The position numbers were made by a program, and so were the translations under genes. Of a DNA stretch of 64,000 nt, positions 51,175 to 64,000 are shown piece by piece. A model generated the notes under the pieces. It was not told the DNA's origin. It ran no database searches and saw nothing but the letters and a program-made list of their open reading frames with translations. The stretch is from Octopus sinensis (Eukaryota), in the NCBI RefSeq assembly GCF_006345805.1, contig NC_042998.1:144398001-144462000 (forward strand), given 5' to 3'. Position 1 is the stretch's first letter; each line of letters begins with the position of its first letter.

Positions 51175-51492
51175 CAATAGTCCATATGACCCCTGGAGGT
51201 CCATATAAGACTTTTGGGAGTCCATACATGCTATAAAGTAGTAAATTGGGGATCCTCAGCAATATTTTAAGAATCCATGGATAAATTTTGCTTTTATATG
51301 TATTTTTATTGCAAGAAACAACTAAGTTTCTTTCTCTGTTTCCAGTCACTGAAACACATTCTCTCAGAGAGTGCTATTGCAAATGTACACAAGCAAACAT
51401 ATAAAAAAACAATATAGGGACTTTTGAAATACACCAGAATGAAATTGTCATCAAAGGGGTCCATAGCTAAAAACAATGGTTGAGAACCTTGT
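51175..51492. mobile_element. Possible hAT-type MITE remnant
   Basis: GG(A/G)GTCC subterminal repeats and right end GGTTGAGAACC; left TIR not recognisable. Confidence 0.35.
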
Positions 51493-54299
51493 TAGATGGT
51501 TTGACAGGAACTGACAAGTCAGAAGACTGTACATAGCTCCACTGTCTGCTTTGGCATGGTTTCTTCAGTGGAATGTTCTTCCTAATACCAACCACTTTAC
51601 AATGTATATTGGATGCTTTTTCTATGGTTCTGGGTCCAGTGAAGTCACCAAGTATTCTCAAGCTCTCTGAAGTGAGTGGGGGTATAATATTGAGGGAGGT
51701 GAAAGTATGATAGAGGAACAGGAATAGGTATCTTGCTGAAGAGGGGATATATGGCTTCTTCAGCTGGAAAGAGAGAGATGATGTAGGTGCACCCTCAAGG
51801 TACAAGGTGAATATAAGTGAGAGAATAGGGATAGAGGGATTGAAAGGGTGTGTATATAGATAAGTTTACAAGAGTGTAAGAGGAGTGCAACAGATGATTA
51901 GAGATGAGGATTGAGGTGGATGCAGTAAGTATCAGTTTGGAGGAGGGGAAGTCTAGGAAATAGGGAATGAATCAAGGAGGAGGAGAAGTTAAGGGATAGT
52001 ACTAGGGATACAGTGTGAAGTGTAAGGGGATAAATGGTATTTACAGAACCTGATTGAGTTGTACTCAAGGGATGGGTGTTAGAAGATGAGTTGTTGGGGG
52101 ATTGATGGATGGGGAACTTAACAGGACCTTATTTCACTGCGAGGGATGGGTCTTCTCCAGCTCATTACACCTGGTTTTTGTTAAACTGGAGAAGACTGCC
52201 GTCATGCTATGTCATTGTATTTGCCAGCATACTTTTATTCTTTTTCTCCCACACATCCTGGACCTGTGTCCTCATTCTTTCTTCTGGGGCATGTAAACCT
52301 CTGCCATACCATCTTAGTCCTGTACCTGGCCCAGAATACTGAATACTCTTATCAATCCTCCTCTCTATCACATATTTGTCTTTTCACTATAATTTCTCGT
52401 TTCTATCACTGATGCTTCTTTGAGAAGAGGCTGGTTTCTTCTGTCCCCACTCACTTCTACAGAGCACATACCTTCAGGGTTCACCTAGATGTGAAAAGAC
52501 CTCCCACTCAGAAGGTCGTTTATTATGCTATACTTTGTTACACATTTTTTTTTCTTTTCTGATGGTATATACTGCTTATATACTGCAGTATATACATGCT
52601 GATTCTGACCGTGACAACCTGTCCATTCCATACCAGCATGGAAAGCTGATGTAAAATGATGATCGTGACAACTCTATTCTGCTCTGTGTCTTCACGACCT
52701 TAATATCTTTGTTAATATATATAACTTGTACGATTGTTTTATATATTTGACTGTCACAGATGATGTTTATTTGTAAACTCAATATAAGTGTCATAAATAT
52801 TGCATTATATATATCAATCATCATTCACTTTATCTGTCACAAACATTGCACTGTACATCAATTATCTTTTGGTTTGTTATTGCTGACTAATGATGACTGA
52901 GATGATGTAACTTGGGGTCTCTAGTTTAGGTCTCAGACTAAAAAAAGTATAGAGCTTTTGGACATGTTTCAGCTAGAATGATGACTGTTTTTCTTTTGTT
53001 CTATTTATACCAATGTTAACCTGTCAAATAATGCTTATTTATTCACAGTTTTGAATTAATCACACATTATCTTAGAGATTTTTCTGATGTGAATGTTTAT
53101 ATCATAGTAGGTATCACAAGAATTTTTGAAAATATTTAAGTGCAACTTCTATTGTACTCTTTCTTCAAGAACATCCAAAAAGAAACATTTTGATACCCCA
53201 TTTGTGAAATTTGGGTGAATACTTTAGGAAATATGACAATTTGAATAATTAGCCATATTTGCGAAGTCATATCTTTGAAACTGAGGTGGTAATCATTTTC
53301 AAATTACACAAATTAATAATGACCATAGTATAGCAGTTGCCTGTTTTTTTTTCAGGTTCTTAGAAAGAAAACCTTTTTTTGGCAATTTTTAAAATATTTA
53401 TGTAAAGCCTATTTTGTTACATGTCACAGTCAATTTCACAGTGTTTTCAGTCTTAGTTAAATCCAAAGTACAAGTCACAGGGATTTGAGCTTTGCACATT
53501 TGTAGTTGGTTTAGAACTAAATAAATCCTGAGATTTTGGAACGTAACATTTCAATAAAATTTGAATGGACTATTAAAAAGGGGTATAAATGGCCGAGTTT
53601 CAGATCAGGATGCCCACATGAGTTGGATTTTCTTCATTTTGATAGGGATTTTTCCAATTTTTTTTTGCATTACATTCTTTGAAATGATGGGTGGTGGGTA
53701 AGGTTTTAACACAATAGATTTTTGGAAGTTTATAATTTTTTCCACCACCCTCCAGACCAATTTTGGCCAATTTTGTTTGCACTACACACTTAAAAGCAAT
53801 GGGTAAAAACAATTTTGAATATATTTTCAAATGAAAAGATGTGTGATTTTAGGGAGATTTAGCTGTTGTTTCTAGCACATTCCACAACCACCTGACCTTT
53901 CTCAGAATTGTATGTAGACCTGGATTTAAAAAAATCAAACAAAATTTAAAAACTAATTCCTTGCTTTAAACATTAAAAACATAAATTAAAGGCATTAACA
54001 ACATATCTAACTTACAGCAAACTCATTCATAGGAGAGAAAGAAAAAACCCAAAATGAATATGTAAACACTGATACAAATTATCCCGACAGTTTTCAACAT
54101 CAGAAAAAATACATTACATCTGACTTTAATAGTCTACAAAATTATATTCATTGTACAATATAATTTTCATTGGTGGAATTTGATCAATATTTCTCAAAGA
54201 AAAATGAAATTTACATGTACAAGAATATCCACTATGTTTGCTGAGTAGCTCTCAACATGTTAAAACAGTGAGAAGGAATAAACTACATTCTCAATATAA

Positions 54300-54830
54300 T
54301 GATTTCAAGCTACGTTTGGACTGTAGAAGTCTTATTAAACTCAGTTTAGTGGATTTTTAGTAGAAATATATCATTGCTATTATGCAAAAGTGTCGTAAGT
54401 CCAAAATGTTGCTTTTTCAGAAAACAAAAAAATAGTTTCACCATTCCATAGCAAAACCATTGTACTACCCTTTGACAATTTTTGATATCTTGGCATCTGC
54501 AGCAGCTAGAGATATAATAGTTTGACCAAAAGAACTGGCTGTTGCAATCAAAATTAAATATTGAAAAAATTCTTTGGCTAAATTTGGACATACGACAGTC
54601 TAACATATTAGAAATGCTATGTTTACTTAGTAATTAGTTCATCCAGTTCTTGAAATTCTGGCTCAAACTCAAGATTTGAAGCCTTGGATTTGTGTTCTCT
54701 TTGACCTCTCATTGCATGCGAATACATCAGTTTGGCAAGTAGGATCAGTATACTACTCTCTTTACTGACTTTGTGCTTTTTCACCATATTGTGTCCAGAT
54801 TTAGCAGTGACCACATTGAATTTGTGAGAA
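54300..54830 (-). pseudogene. Possible decayed DNA transposase C-terminus
   Basis: Frameshifted FSIFNFDCNSQFF...AKISKIVKG*YNGFA..E recalls KIVKGLKVVNDxAERGVKL-type transposases; weak. Confidence 0.3.
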
Positions 54831-56469
54831 ATATTTTTGCTTATGATATAAAAATCTTGAAGAAAATATGTCCTTTTCTAAGTAAAAGTTAACTTTTATA
54901 TTTCGTAACAATTACCTCACCTACTCCCATTGATTTTTCTATCAAAATAAAGTGAAAAACTTCCTCTTCGTGACAGTATGATTTTTATCATGACTCAAGT
55001 TATGGTGCTTGAGTGCATTGAACTAGAATGAGGACTAATGTTCAGCAGTAAAAAAAAACAAAAAAAACACAAACTTTGTAAATGCATGGAAATACCAAGG
55101 TGTTTGAGGGACCCTAACATGATATGTAACTTTCAGGTTTTAAGTAAAGTTATATGAAAAGGAAGTTCACATCCAGAACATTTAAATGATATATAGTTTT
55201 CCTTGGAAAACATTTATTTTGATATGAAAATGAAGAAGCAAAAAGTGTGTTTCTGCATGTTCAAACTGTGCTTGTCTTCATTGTATGGCATTCTATAATG
55301 ATACCTAATTATAGGGTAGGTGTGCAAAGCCAGATGTGGTTTGGACATGGGACAAAGTGGACTATGTGGGTTGAATATGGCTGGTTTAAATACTTAAGTG
55401 TTTGTAATGATAGGATCGACATTGAATATCAATCAAGCACTGATGTTTGAATTAAATGTGTTGATTTTTTTTTTGTTTAATTTATGTATTTACTTAGGAA
55501 TCATTCAGGGGAAACAGCAGATGTTCAATAACTTTAGAGGAATCATTAAAAGAAACATAAAAGATGTAATTATACAGATAAAGTTAGACGATTCCTCTGA
55601 CATTTTATTTTATTCATTATGTTTTATTTGCATATTTATTGTTGGTAATAGAATACTATATTTTCCTTTATCATATCTCAAAATATCAATAGTTAAGAAA
55701 AGTTGGTTTAAATTTTAATGGTGTTCAGCTGCATATTGACCTTATTGCTGTGGTGCAGTGATAAACTCTCAAGTAAAGACTTATAATCTGATTTCACTTC
55801 TCATTTAGAATCAGAGTTACTTTGTTAAGGTCACAGGGAAATACATGAAAGTGATGACCACTCTTTTTTCCTCTGTAACTCTTGTAGAGGTATGATGGCA
55901 TAGTATATAAAATGTTGGATTGTTGGCTTATGAACTGGGATGTCAGACTTGTTGCAGGTATTTTGTTATGTTTCTGGCCAAAATTCTTCTACATTGTCAT
56001 AGTTCATATAATGTTAGTAATCAGTACCAGGTCATTTGGGAATAATGTCTGTGATAGACTAGCATCCTATCCACTGTTAAGTTTATCTATATGGAGCTGG
56101 ATCTAAAAACAGCCTTTAAAAATCTTCACCTGTAATCATAAGCTCAGTGCATCGTCATTGTCACTGTCTTTTTAATGTCTACGTTTTCATATTGGCATTA
56201 GTCATATGAAGTTTGTTGAGGCAGATTTTCTATAAATAGATATACTTCCTGTCACCAACCCTCACCTGTTTTCAAGCAAGGTAATATTTCCCTATGGCTG
56301 AACATGTTTTCATGGAAGATTGGAAATGAATGCCACTGCAATATCAAGACACAATACATATGCAACCCCATGATTGACCAAGAGGTAGGGAGTAGAGAAT
56401 CAATCAAATATGGGTATTCAAGATAATACACACTTTAGATTGGAAATAGGTCTAATACAAAGGAATATA

Positions 56470-57760
56470 GATGAGACTGGAAGTAGCTACAAGTGCAGGC
56501 AATACCATAAAACATTTGGTATCCAAATTGGATTGAAGATCCATCAGAGCAAGAAGTGTTTGAAGAAATCAAAACAGTGTTGGTCATTTGACTGCCAAAT
56601 ATGAAGCAAATCATCCCAGGAGTCAAACCACAGTGGATTGATAAATGCTTCAACTGCAGTTCCTTCAAAGTCTTTAGGTCAAGATGCCTCTTCACCAGAT
56701 GGGACGATGAAGAAACCAAAGGTTTTGTGGCCAGCTGCAAATAAGAAGGCCAGTTACAAGAAATTTAGAAAGAAAGTGTGCAAGATGCTCCATAAAATGG
56801 AGTCAACCCAAGACACGCTGAATAAGGTTGCAAGTACAATCTATGAGATTTCAAGTTATTTGGTGTAAAGGAGGGTGGTAATAAGCTATTTGCTAAGCCC
56901 AGCAAAAGCAGATACAAAAGACAGATGAAACAGTTAAAAAGAGAAATCTTATGGAAGCTGTAGAAACAGGCCAATCTCGAGGACAAGGAAGACTTAAAGA
57001 AAAAGTGCCATAACATGCAAATAGATAACACATGCATTAAAAGAAGAAAGGAAAATAAGCAGACAAGAGAGCAGTTCCTTAACTCTTATGAGGTTACAAG
57101 GAAGCTGTTTGTTGTGGATAAGAGTAGCAGGCTAAAATGCACTAAAGATGAACTGGATAGGCATATACAGGAGATATACAGTGACCCAAAGTGAGATCAA
57201 ACATTCCCACTCATAAATGGTTTGAAATGCCTAATGAAACCAGGAATCAAATTTTAAGTTGATGATTTAGGCAGGAAAGAAGTAGACATATTTGGGAAAA
57301 AGGCAAGAGCAAAGAGTGCAGCAGGAGGTGGAGTGCCATAGAAAGTGTACAAGTATTGTATTCAATTATGTGACCAGCTTTACCTGCTACTTAGAGAGTT
57401 GTAGTGTAAAGGTGAACTGGTTTATGACTGGTGCAAGGCAGAAAGAGTTTACTGAAGCAGAACGGATTAGCCAGTTCAGACCAGTTTTAATCCTGAGTGT
57501 GAATGATAAGGTTTACATGGGTGTACTTGTTAAGAGAACAGCCACAAGATAATGGATTTGTGACTGAAAGTGTCCAGAAGGCTGGAATCCCCAGAATTCT
57601 TGGTGTGTCGAACATGCATCTTTAATCTGAGATGTGATACAAGATGCGAAGGAAAATAAAAGGGATTTGAATGCTGGCTGGATGTGGCTAGTGGTTATGG
57701 TTCTGTACCACATAAATTGTTGATAGAAGCAATGGACATCTTTTATATACTGGAGAAAAT
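56470..57760 (+). mobile_element. Hero-like (R2 superfamily) non-LTR retrotransposon remnant
   Basis: GLKIHQSKKC zinc-finger-like N-terminus, VLWPAAN, IYSDPK, KARAKSAAG..GVP.KVYKYC, SQFRPVLILSV, VQKAGIP, WLDVASGYGSVPHKL. Confidence 0.8.
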
Positions 57761-57819
57761 TATGGTTCTGATGAGGAACTATTATAACAACTTATATATA
57801 TATATGTATGTATATTTTT

Positions 57820-57956
57820 ATTAATATTTAGCAGAAGCAACAGAGTGACTCAAGGGCCAAGAGTTTTGTGCATTGGTACATATTGAAGTGTTTGATAAGC
57901 GCCAATGTATGAAACTCAGCCCTTGAGTTACTCTGTTGCTTCTGCTAAGTATTAAT
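57820..57956. mobile_element. Fully palindromic MITE, copy 2
   Basis: Same family as 20412-20543. Confidence 0.85.
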
Positions 57957-58601
57957 AATATATATATATATGTATGTTGTGTGTATGTATATATGTCTAT
58001 GTAGTGTGTATGTATATGCACGCATGTGCGTGTGAACTTTGTTTCCGTCTACCAAATCTATTCACACAAGGCTTTGATCATCCTAGGACTGTAGAATATC
58101 TAAAGTGTCATGCTAACCATGTGATTCGAGAAGTGAACTCCTTAACCACTCAGTCATACCTAATTAACAAAAAATTCATCAACTTTTTTTTTGCTTTTAA
58201 TATCATTGGGAAATCCTTGTCATTGATGCATCCCTATCATCACCAAAGCTGGTTGTGGTGTTAACAGAGATTTCTATGGTTTTAGAAGTGTTTCCCATAT
58301 GCACATTGTTTGTATGTGCCTTAACATTATGCAACATGCCATATAGCATAGCAACTAACTCTTTGTAAGACTATAGTTCTCGACTTGTTTTACATTTAAA
58401 TTTGCAATTAGACACCTGTGAGAAAATAATCACTGCAACAGCTGAGCAATCATGAAGAATCGTGATTTCAACTAATTTGTGGCTAGAAGAAGGAATGATT
58501 TCTCAGTCAATACTTAAGAATAAGACCATCTGTGCTACAACACATAAAAAATATAGGAATTAATTCATTCTGTTAAAACTGCTACAATTATTTAAGATTA
58601 A

Positions 58602-59012
58602 CCCTTTTGATAACCAACCCACTTGAAGCCATCTCTGTTTGTAAAGTCATTTAAATAAAACTGTCATTTAAAATGTGAAATGCCATGTTAATTTATGTTC
58701 CAACTGTCAGCTTATTTATGAAAAACTTACTCTACTAAATTCCTCATTATTTTCAAAATTAATTGAAACCACAGCAGGGAATTTTAACAGAAATATGGTA
58801 ACAAAAACTTTAAAGTGATCTGAATTAAAATCCTACAACAAAATTCCATTTTAAGGTTTTGTTCCAAACACCAGCTTAATAACGACAAAGTTATTCTACT
58901 AAATTCCTTATTATTTTCAAAATTAATTGAAACAAAAGCAGTGTAGTTCAACAGGGCTAAATATAAAAATTTCTTTGCATAAGAAATTACAGTTAAATAA
59001 TAGAACAACTGG
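58602..59012. mobile_element. piggyBac-type MITE with internal duplication
   Basis: TTAA|CCCTTTTGATAACCAACCC start; CTACTAAATTCCT..TTATTTTCAAAATTAATTGAAAC occurs twice. Confidence 0.55.
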
Positions 59013-59989
59013 TTAACCTCTAAGTGAAGTAGAATTGTGAACACCACTGACTCTGAACTACAATGTGAGAACATAGATCATCATCATTATCTTGCATCCA
59101 CTTTCCTTGTTGGCATGGATTGAGTGGGTCAATATGGTCCAAGTTATTTCATATTTGGAATTACTGCTCAAGAGAATTTTCTCCCAAGACTAACGCCTGA
59201 GTGGGGGAAGGGTCTTCTCACATCTAGGTGGACCCTGAAGGTATGTGTTCTGTAGAAGTGAGTGGGGACAGAAGAAACCAGAGTGAGGATGAGTAGAGGT
59301 TGAAAGAGTGTATAGGTGAGTGAAGGTGAGGAATAGGTGAGAGGAAGTTGGCATCAATTGTAAAGATTGGGTAGGGTTGAAGGATGGGTGTAGTAAGTTG
59401 TGGACAAGGAGTGGAAGATGACTGACAGTGGAGAAAAAAAGGAGAGAAAGCAGCAGAATAATAATAAGGATACAGTAAACAGAAGGATGAGAGATATGTG
59501 GCTCTGTAGGTTGCAGGAGTGTATTGGGGAGAGGAACTAAGTATTGCAATACATTTAATCCAATGTATTGGCCTTTTCCACCTCATTATTTTATGTCTGG
59601 TATTAACTTTATAAAATAACTATACTTATCATCATCATCATGAAATGACTGTATTCTATGCTGGCATAGTATGGATGGTTCAGCAGGAGCTGATGAACTG
59701 GAAGAATGTTGAGAGCCCCAATGTCTGTTACATATTTTTACATTTCTATCTTATAACACTTGTAGAACTAGCTTTCTGTGATGATGTAAGTCGAAAAGTT
59801 TTACACATTCAGATATTTTGATAAATTATTACTGCCAAATAAATCTTTAAAAATATCAGCATGTACTACTTTATGTATGTATGGTGTGTTTTCATGTTTC
59901 AACATGCATTTGTGTGCATGCATATGTGTATGAGTGTCTAAGAAGGTACCACTGTTTTCATATTTGTCAATATTGTTTTTCTTGTACAG

Positions 59990-60038
59990 AGGAGCTGAAA
60001 GCTAACCAACCAACTGGTGTCAATGCCGAAACTTGCAA
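59990..60038 (+). CDS. GOLM1: GOLM-like exon 3 (49 nt, EELKANQPTGVNAETC)
   Basis: TTTTTCTTGTACAG acceptor, CAA|GTATGT donor, phase 1 in and phase 2 out, open frame. Confidence 0.65.
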
Positions 60039-60059
60039 GTATGTTATTTCTTTCCTTAA

Positions 60060-60280
60060 CCCTTTCGTTACTGTATTTATTTTGAGATGCTCTGTGTTCC
60101 TCTCAATTATTTTAGATATAACAAAGAATTTTGTAAAATAACTTAGTTATCATTCAGCTAGAGTTAGGAACAGTAATTGTGACTGAGGTTTCATGGAAGG
60201 TTTTAATTAAAAACTTATGAAAACAAGACATTTACATTACAGAGCCAGAGCCGGTTTCAGCCGGGTTGGTCACGAAAGGG
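60060..60280. mobile_element. Intact piggyBac-type MITE
   Basis: TTAA|CCCTTTCGTTAC ... GTCACGAAAGGG|TTAA; 12 bp TIR with one mismatch. Confidence 0.85.
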
Positions 60281-60534
60281 TTAAATCTGTTTTTCCTTCC
60301 TTGCAGCCTCTCTGTTACTCCTTCCTGAACACATTAAATATCCTGCATAACTCTAAGATAAACATTTTCTGCAATCATCCATTCCTATTTGTGTTCCCAC
60401 TCCAATCAATAACTTGCAGCATTAACCACACTAACTTCATTCATCTACCTCTTCTTTCCCAGTCTGTAAATCTGCATTTGAAAGTTATGGAAACTGGCCA
60501 CTTTCATTGCAATAAAGAAAAGCAACTGCATCAT

Positions 60535-60590
<56 letters not shown>

Positions 60591-61578
60591 AGTTATTGTT
60601 TAACAATTCTTTGGGTTATCTCATACTGATTTAGAATGGTTGAGTTTATAGAATTTTGGACAAGTGACTAAGAAGTTTGCATTTGGTTATTTTGTTATTA
60701 GTGTTTCACTGTATCCTTGGCCACAATATTATTATCAGCATTTAATGCCCCCTTTTTCCATGCTGGCATAGGTTGGATGGTTCAATAAGGACCAGTGAGC
60801 CAGAGGTCTGCACTATGTTCTAGTGTCTGCTTTGGCATGGTTTTTATGGTTGGTTGCCTTTCCTAATGCCAACCACTTTATCGAGTGTACTGGGTGCTTT
60901 TTTTCATGGTACCAGCACTAGTAGCTCCCATCTACTACAAGTGATCTCACATTCATGACATAGCCAAAACTGAATCCCCAAAACTAATCTTCCTCTACCA
61001 GGAAATATTTCATCAGGCAAAATACCTCACTGTATTTGTTCTAAACTTTGCTTTCATCCTTTCAGAGTTGATAAAAAGAAAAATACCATTCCAAAACAAT
61101 GGACTGGTGAAGCTGTTATAATGTTGAACCAGATACCTTGTGATATTTGTTCTAGTTCTTTATATTCTGAGTTCAAATCCTACCATAGACCATTGGGGTG
61201 GTAAACTTATTCCCTCAACTGATACCATCAGCAGAATTCACTCTAGTTTATTTGGAAGAGCACATGTCATATCCAAGAGTTATTTGTTGCTTTGAAGGTT
61301 GATGGATGGTTATTACTTTACTTAAATTTGAAAATATTTTTATTTTTCTGATAATCACAAAAGTCAACTGGAACAAAGTTTTATTTTATCATTACTGTTT
61401 AGTTGTAAATTCTGTCTGTAAAGTAAGGAATGGAACTAATTTTGATATTGTTTCTAAAATCAGCCAATCAATTAACCCATTTACATAGTTTTAAACAAAA
61501 CTTTTCATAAATGAATAAATGTCAGTGATTGCTGGTATTTTAAGCTAAATACATAAAATTATATTGTTTTCCTTGTAG

Positions 61579-61722
61579 AGCTTGCAAAGATCAATGGGTA
61601 TTTGACCAAAAGGCATTTTTAAATGGCATTGATAAAGTACTTGGCCCAACAGCATTGCTTCAACTGAAAAATGCTGGAGTTGACATTGGAAACTATGCTC
61701 TTGAAATATCTGCTCAGCTGAA
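61579..61722 (+). CDS. GOLM1: GOLM-like exon 4 (144 nt, ACKDQWVFDQKAFLNG...LEISAQL)
   Basis: TTGTTTTCCTTGTAG acceptor, GAA|GTGAGT donor, phase 2 in, 47 uninterrupted codons. Confidence 0.7.
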
Positions 61723-62329
61723 GTGAGTAAATCCATTATAACCTATTCCATTATCTCTGTTTAATTGTATGTAATACCTCTTTGTTGTACATGTACACTA
61801 ATGTAAGCTTTATTTTCTTGAATAAGACTAGATCATCATCATCATCATCATCATTCAACATCCATGTTCCATGCTAACATGTGTTGGATGATATGATAGG
61901 ATCCAATGAGTCCAAAGTTTGTATCAGGTTCCAGTGTTTGCTTTCATGTAGTTTCTACAGCTAGATGCCCTTCCTAACAGCAACTACTTTGCAGTGTTTA
62001 CTGGGTGCTTTCCTCATGCTACTGGCACTAGTGTGGTTGCTATGCAGCTCAGACGACTACAAAACCTGAGGTGAGAGTGACTTTATGCTAAGAGATTAGA
62101 TTCAAAGTACAAGAGAAGGGAGAAGGGTAGAGCAGGTTGTTATTGTAGAGGAGCTAGATGGCTACTGACATTTAGGGGAGAGATTAATAATGAATCAGTG
62201 TAGCTGCAAAAAAATAGTAGTGATGAGTTGTCCAGGTGGTACCCCAATGTATAAGGTGAGTGGAAATTTGTCAGTGTTGTCAAAAGCTTCATCTGGTTAC
62301 TCAGAACTTATTTGAAAGTTGTTTTCAAG

Positions 62330-63335
62330 TCCTTGGCTGCTCATAGATTTATCAAAGTTCAATTTTGATGCTTACCACAGAAGGGAGGAAGAAGTAATGA
62401 TTTATAAGAGAAAGAGAAAAACTGGAAGTTTCTATGAGATTAATGACCAGATCTGGTACAAATTCCCACTCAACTAGTGTTGTAGATAGAATCATAAACA
62501 CTAAAAGACTGGCTTGGAAAACCTGGAAGAAAGTGGGTAGCAAAGAAAAATATCAAACAACTTAAAGAGAAGCTGGACACCAGGTATATTTAGCAAGGGG
62601 AGAAGCAGAAAGAAAGAGGTTTGCACATGTTCTGTATGAGAGGTATGAGCTGTTTGAGTTTACTAGGTGGTATATTAGAGAGAATTGAGATGTGAGAAAA
62701 GTGTACAGAATGATAACACCACACTTGCTCTTACTGACAATGAAGAGAAACAGGCAAGGGAGCATGACTATGTGGAGAATACATGGACGGGTAGAGTCTA
62801 TCCCCAAAAGACTCTACAAAATAATCAGACAATAAGGTTGTCAGCAGTGTAGTAGATAGAGGGATTAAGGATGTAAAAGCAGTAAAGCAGTTGGTTTCAT
62901 TAGAGTTAGTTGTTGATATGTTTAACCCTGTAGCATTCTGATTACTATGTCAAATGTAATACTTATTTATTCGTATTGTTTCAACTTAATTGTGCATTAT
63001 CTTGAAACTTTGAGATTTCAATGATGTGATTATTTATTTTCAGAATGATATTGTAGGGTAGGTGTGAGAAGCTGGATCTGGGCAGTTTTAACATAAAACA
63101 GGCAGAATGATTGAGCTGGATATGGCTGGTTTCAATGCTAAAGGGTTAAAATATCTGGTGCAGTAGGACATTGGCTAATCACTTATATAGCCAGTCAGCT
63201 AATACAAAGAGGTGCCATACCCAATGACTGAAATAGCAGTATCATCGCAAACAACTGGAAGGACAAAGGAAATGCTTTAGAGAGAGGAAATTGTAGAGAT
63301 ATCAGATTGTTGGATTGGGCTATGAAAATCATAGA
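62330..63335 (+). mobile_element. Highly decayed RTE fragments interrupted by a MITE
   Basis: Similarity to 38800-39590 (e.g. CATACCCAATGACTG...GGAAATGCTTTAGAGAGAGGAAATTGTAGAGATATCAGATTGTTGG). Confidence 0.55.
62926..63145. mobile_element. piggyBac-type MITE, second subfamily
   Basis: TTAA|CCCTGTAGCATT ... AATGCTAAAGGG|TTAA; partial relatives near 52990 and 55250-55400. Confidence 0.8.
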
Positions 63336-63560
63336 CAGGTTTTCATTGATGTTTTAACTTCCACTTTTCCATGATTGCATGGTTAGATGGAATTTGCTGA
63401 GGCAGATTTTTACATGGCTGGATGCCCTTCCCATTGCCAACCCTCATGTTTCCTCATGGCCTGACATGTTTACATAGAAGATCGGAAATGAACAACGTCG
63501 CTTGACAACCAATGTCGATGTGTTTATGTCCCATGCATAGAAGAAAAAAAAACACACACA

Positions 63561-63589
<29 letters not shown>

Positions 63590-63600
<11 letters not shown>

Positions 63601-63895
63601 CCTGAACCATCATGGGGTACAGAGGATTCGCAATCTAGACTAGGGTCTGAAAGTTTTACCACACCATAGTGGGTTACACCATGGTTCCTCTGCTTTGTGC
63701 CAGAAGTAGGAAGAAAGAGTGAGAGAAAGTTGTGGTGAAAGAGTACAGCAGGGTTCACCCCCCGCCCTGCTGGAGCCTTGTGGAGTTAGATGTTTTTGCT
63801 CAATAAACACTCACAATGCCTGGTCTGGGAATTGAAGCCACGTTCTTATGAATGTGAGTCCACTGCCCTAACCACTGGGCCATTGTACCGCCACA
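63590..63895 (-). mobile_element. tRNA-derived SINE
   Basis: Minus strand GGCGGTACAATGGCCCAGTGGTTAGGGCAGTGG...GCTTCAATTCCC, ending in (TG)n. Confidence 0.7.
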
Positions 63896-64000
63896 GTTCC
63901 TGTTGTACATGTTCTTGTTGTTTCTGTTGTTCTTGTTGCTGCTGTAGTTGTCGTTGCAACTGAACTATGGAAGCTGATAGGTCTTCCATGCTAAGAACCT

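Overview
Animal genomic DNA, AT-rich and dense in (TA)n/(CA)n microsatellites. The SINE, RTE-LINE and Penelope families look like those of Octopus (recognised from memory, not searched). Two host genes diverge across about 25 kb: a GKAP1-like first coding exon on the minus strand (2413-2589) and a GOLM1/GOLM2(CASC4)-like Golgi type II membrane protein on the plus strand. For the latter, four phase-compatible exons were reconstructed (27970-28356, 45995-46049, 59990-60038, 61579-61722), and the gene runs off the window. Most of the rest is decayed mobile DNA: many RTE LINE fragments (ORF2 carries a PHD-type finger), two different Penelope-like elements (PLEs), a CR1-like and a Hero/R2-like LINE, a mariner, a non-autonomous Helitron, TTAA piggyBac-type MITEs, a fully palindromic MITE and several modular tRNA-derived SINE families. 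The most interesting signals are two minimal type I hammerhead ribozyme motifs, each linked to a PLE. One ends a 1.1 kb 3' UTR. The other sits behind a tRNA-like Pol III head, suggesting a Pol III plus ribozyme terminal module. Repeat boundaries are approximate (read by eye); no searches or folding were run.
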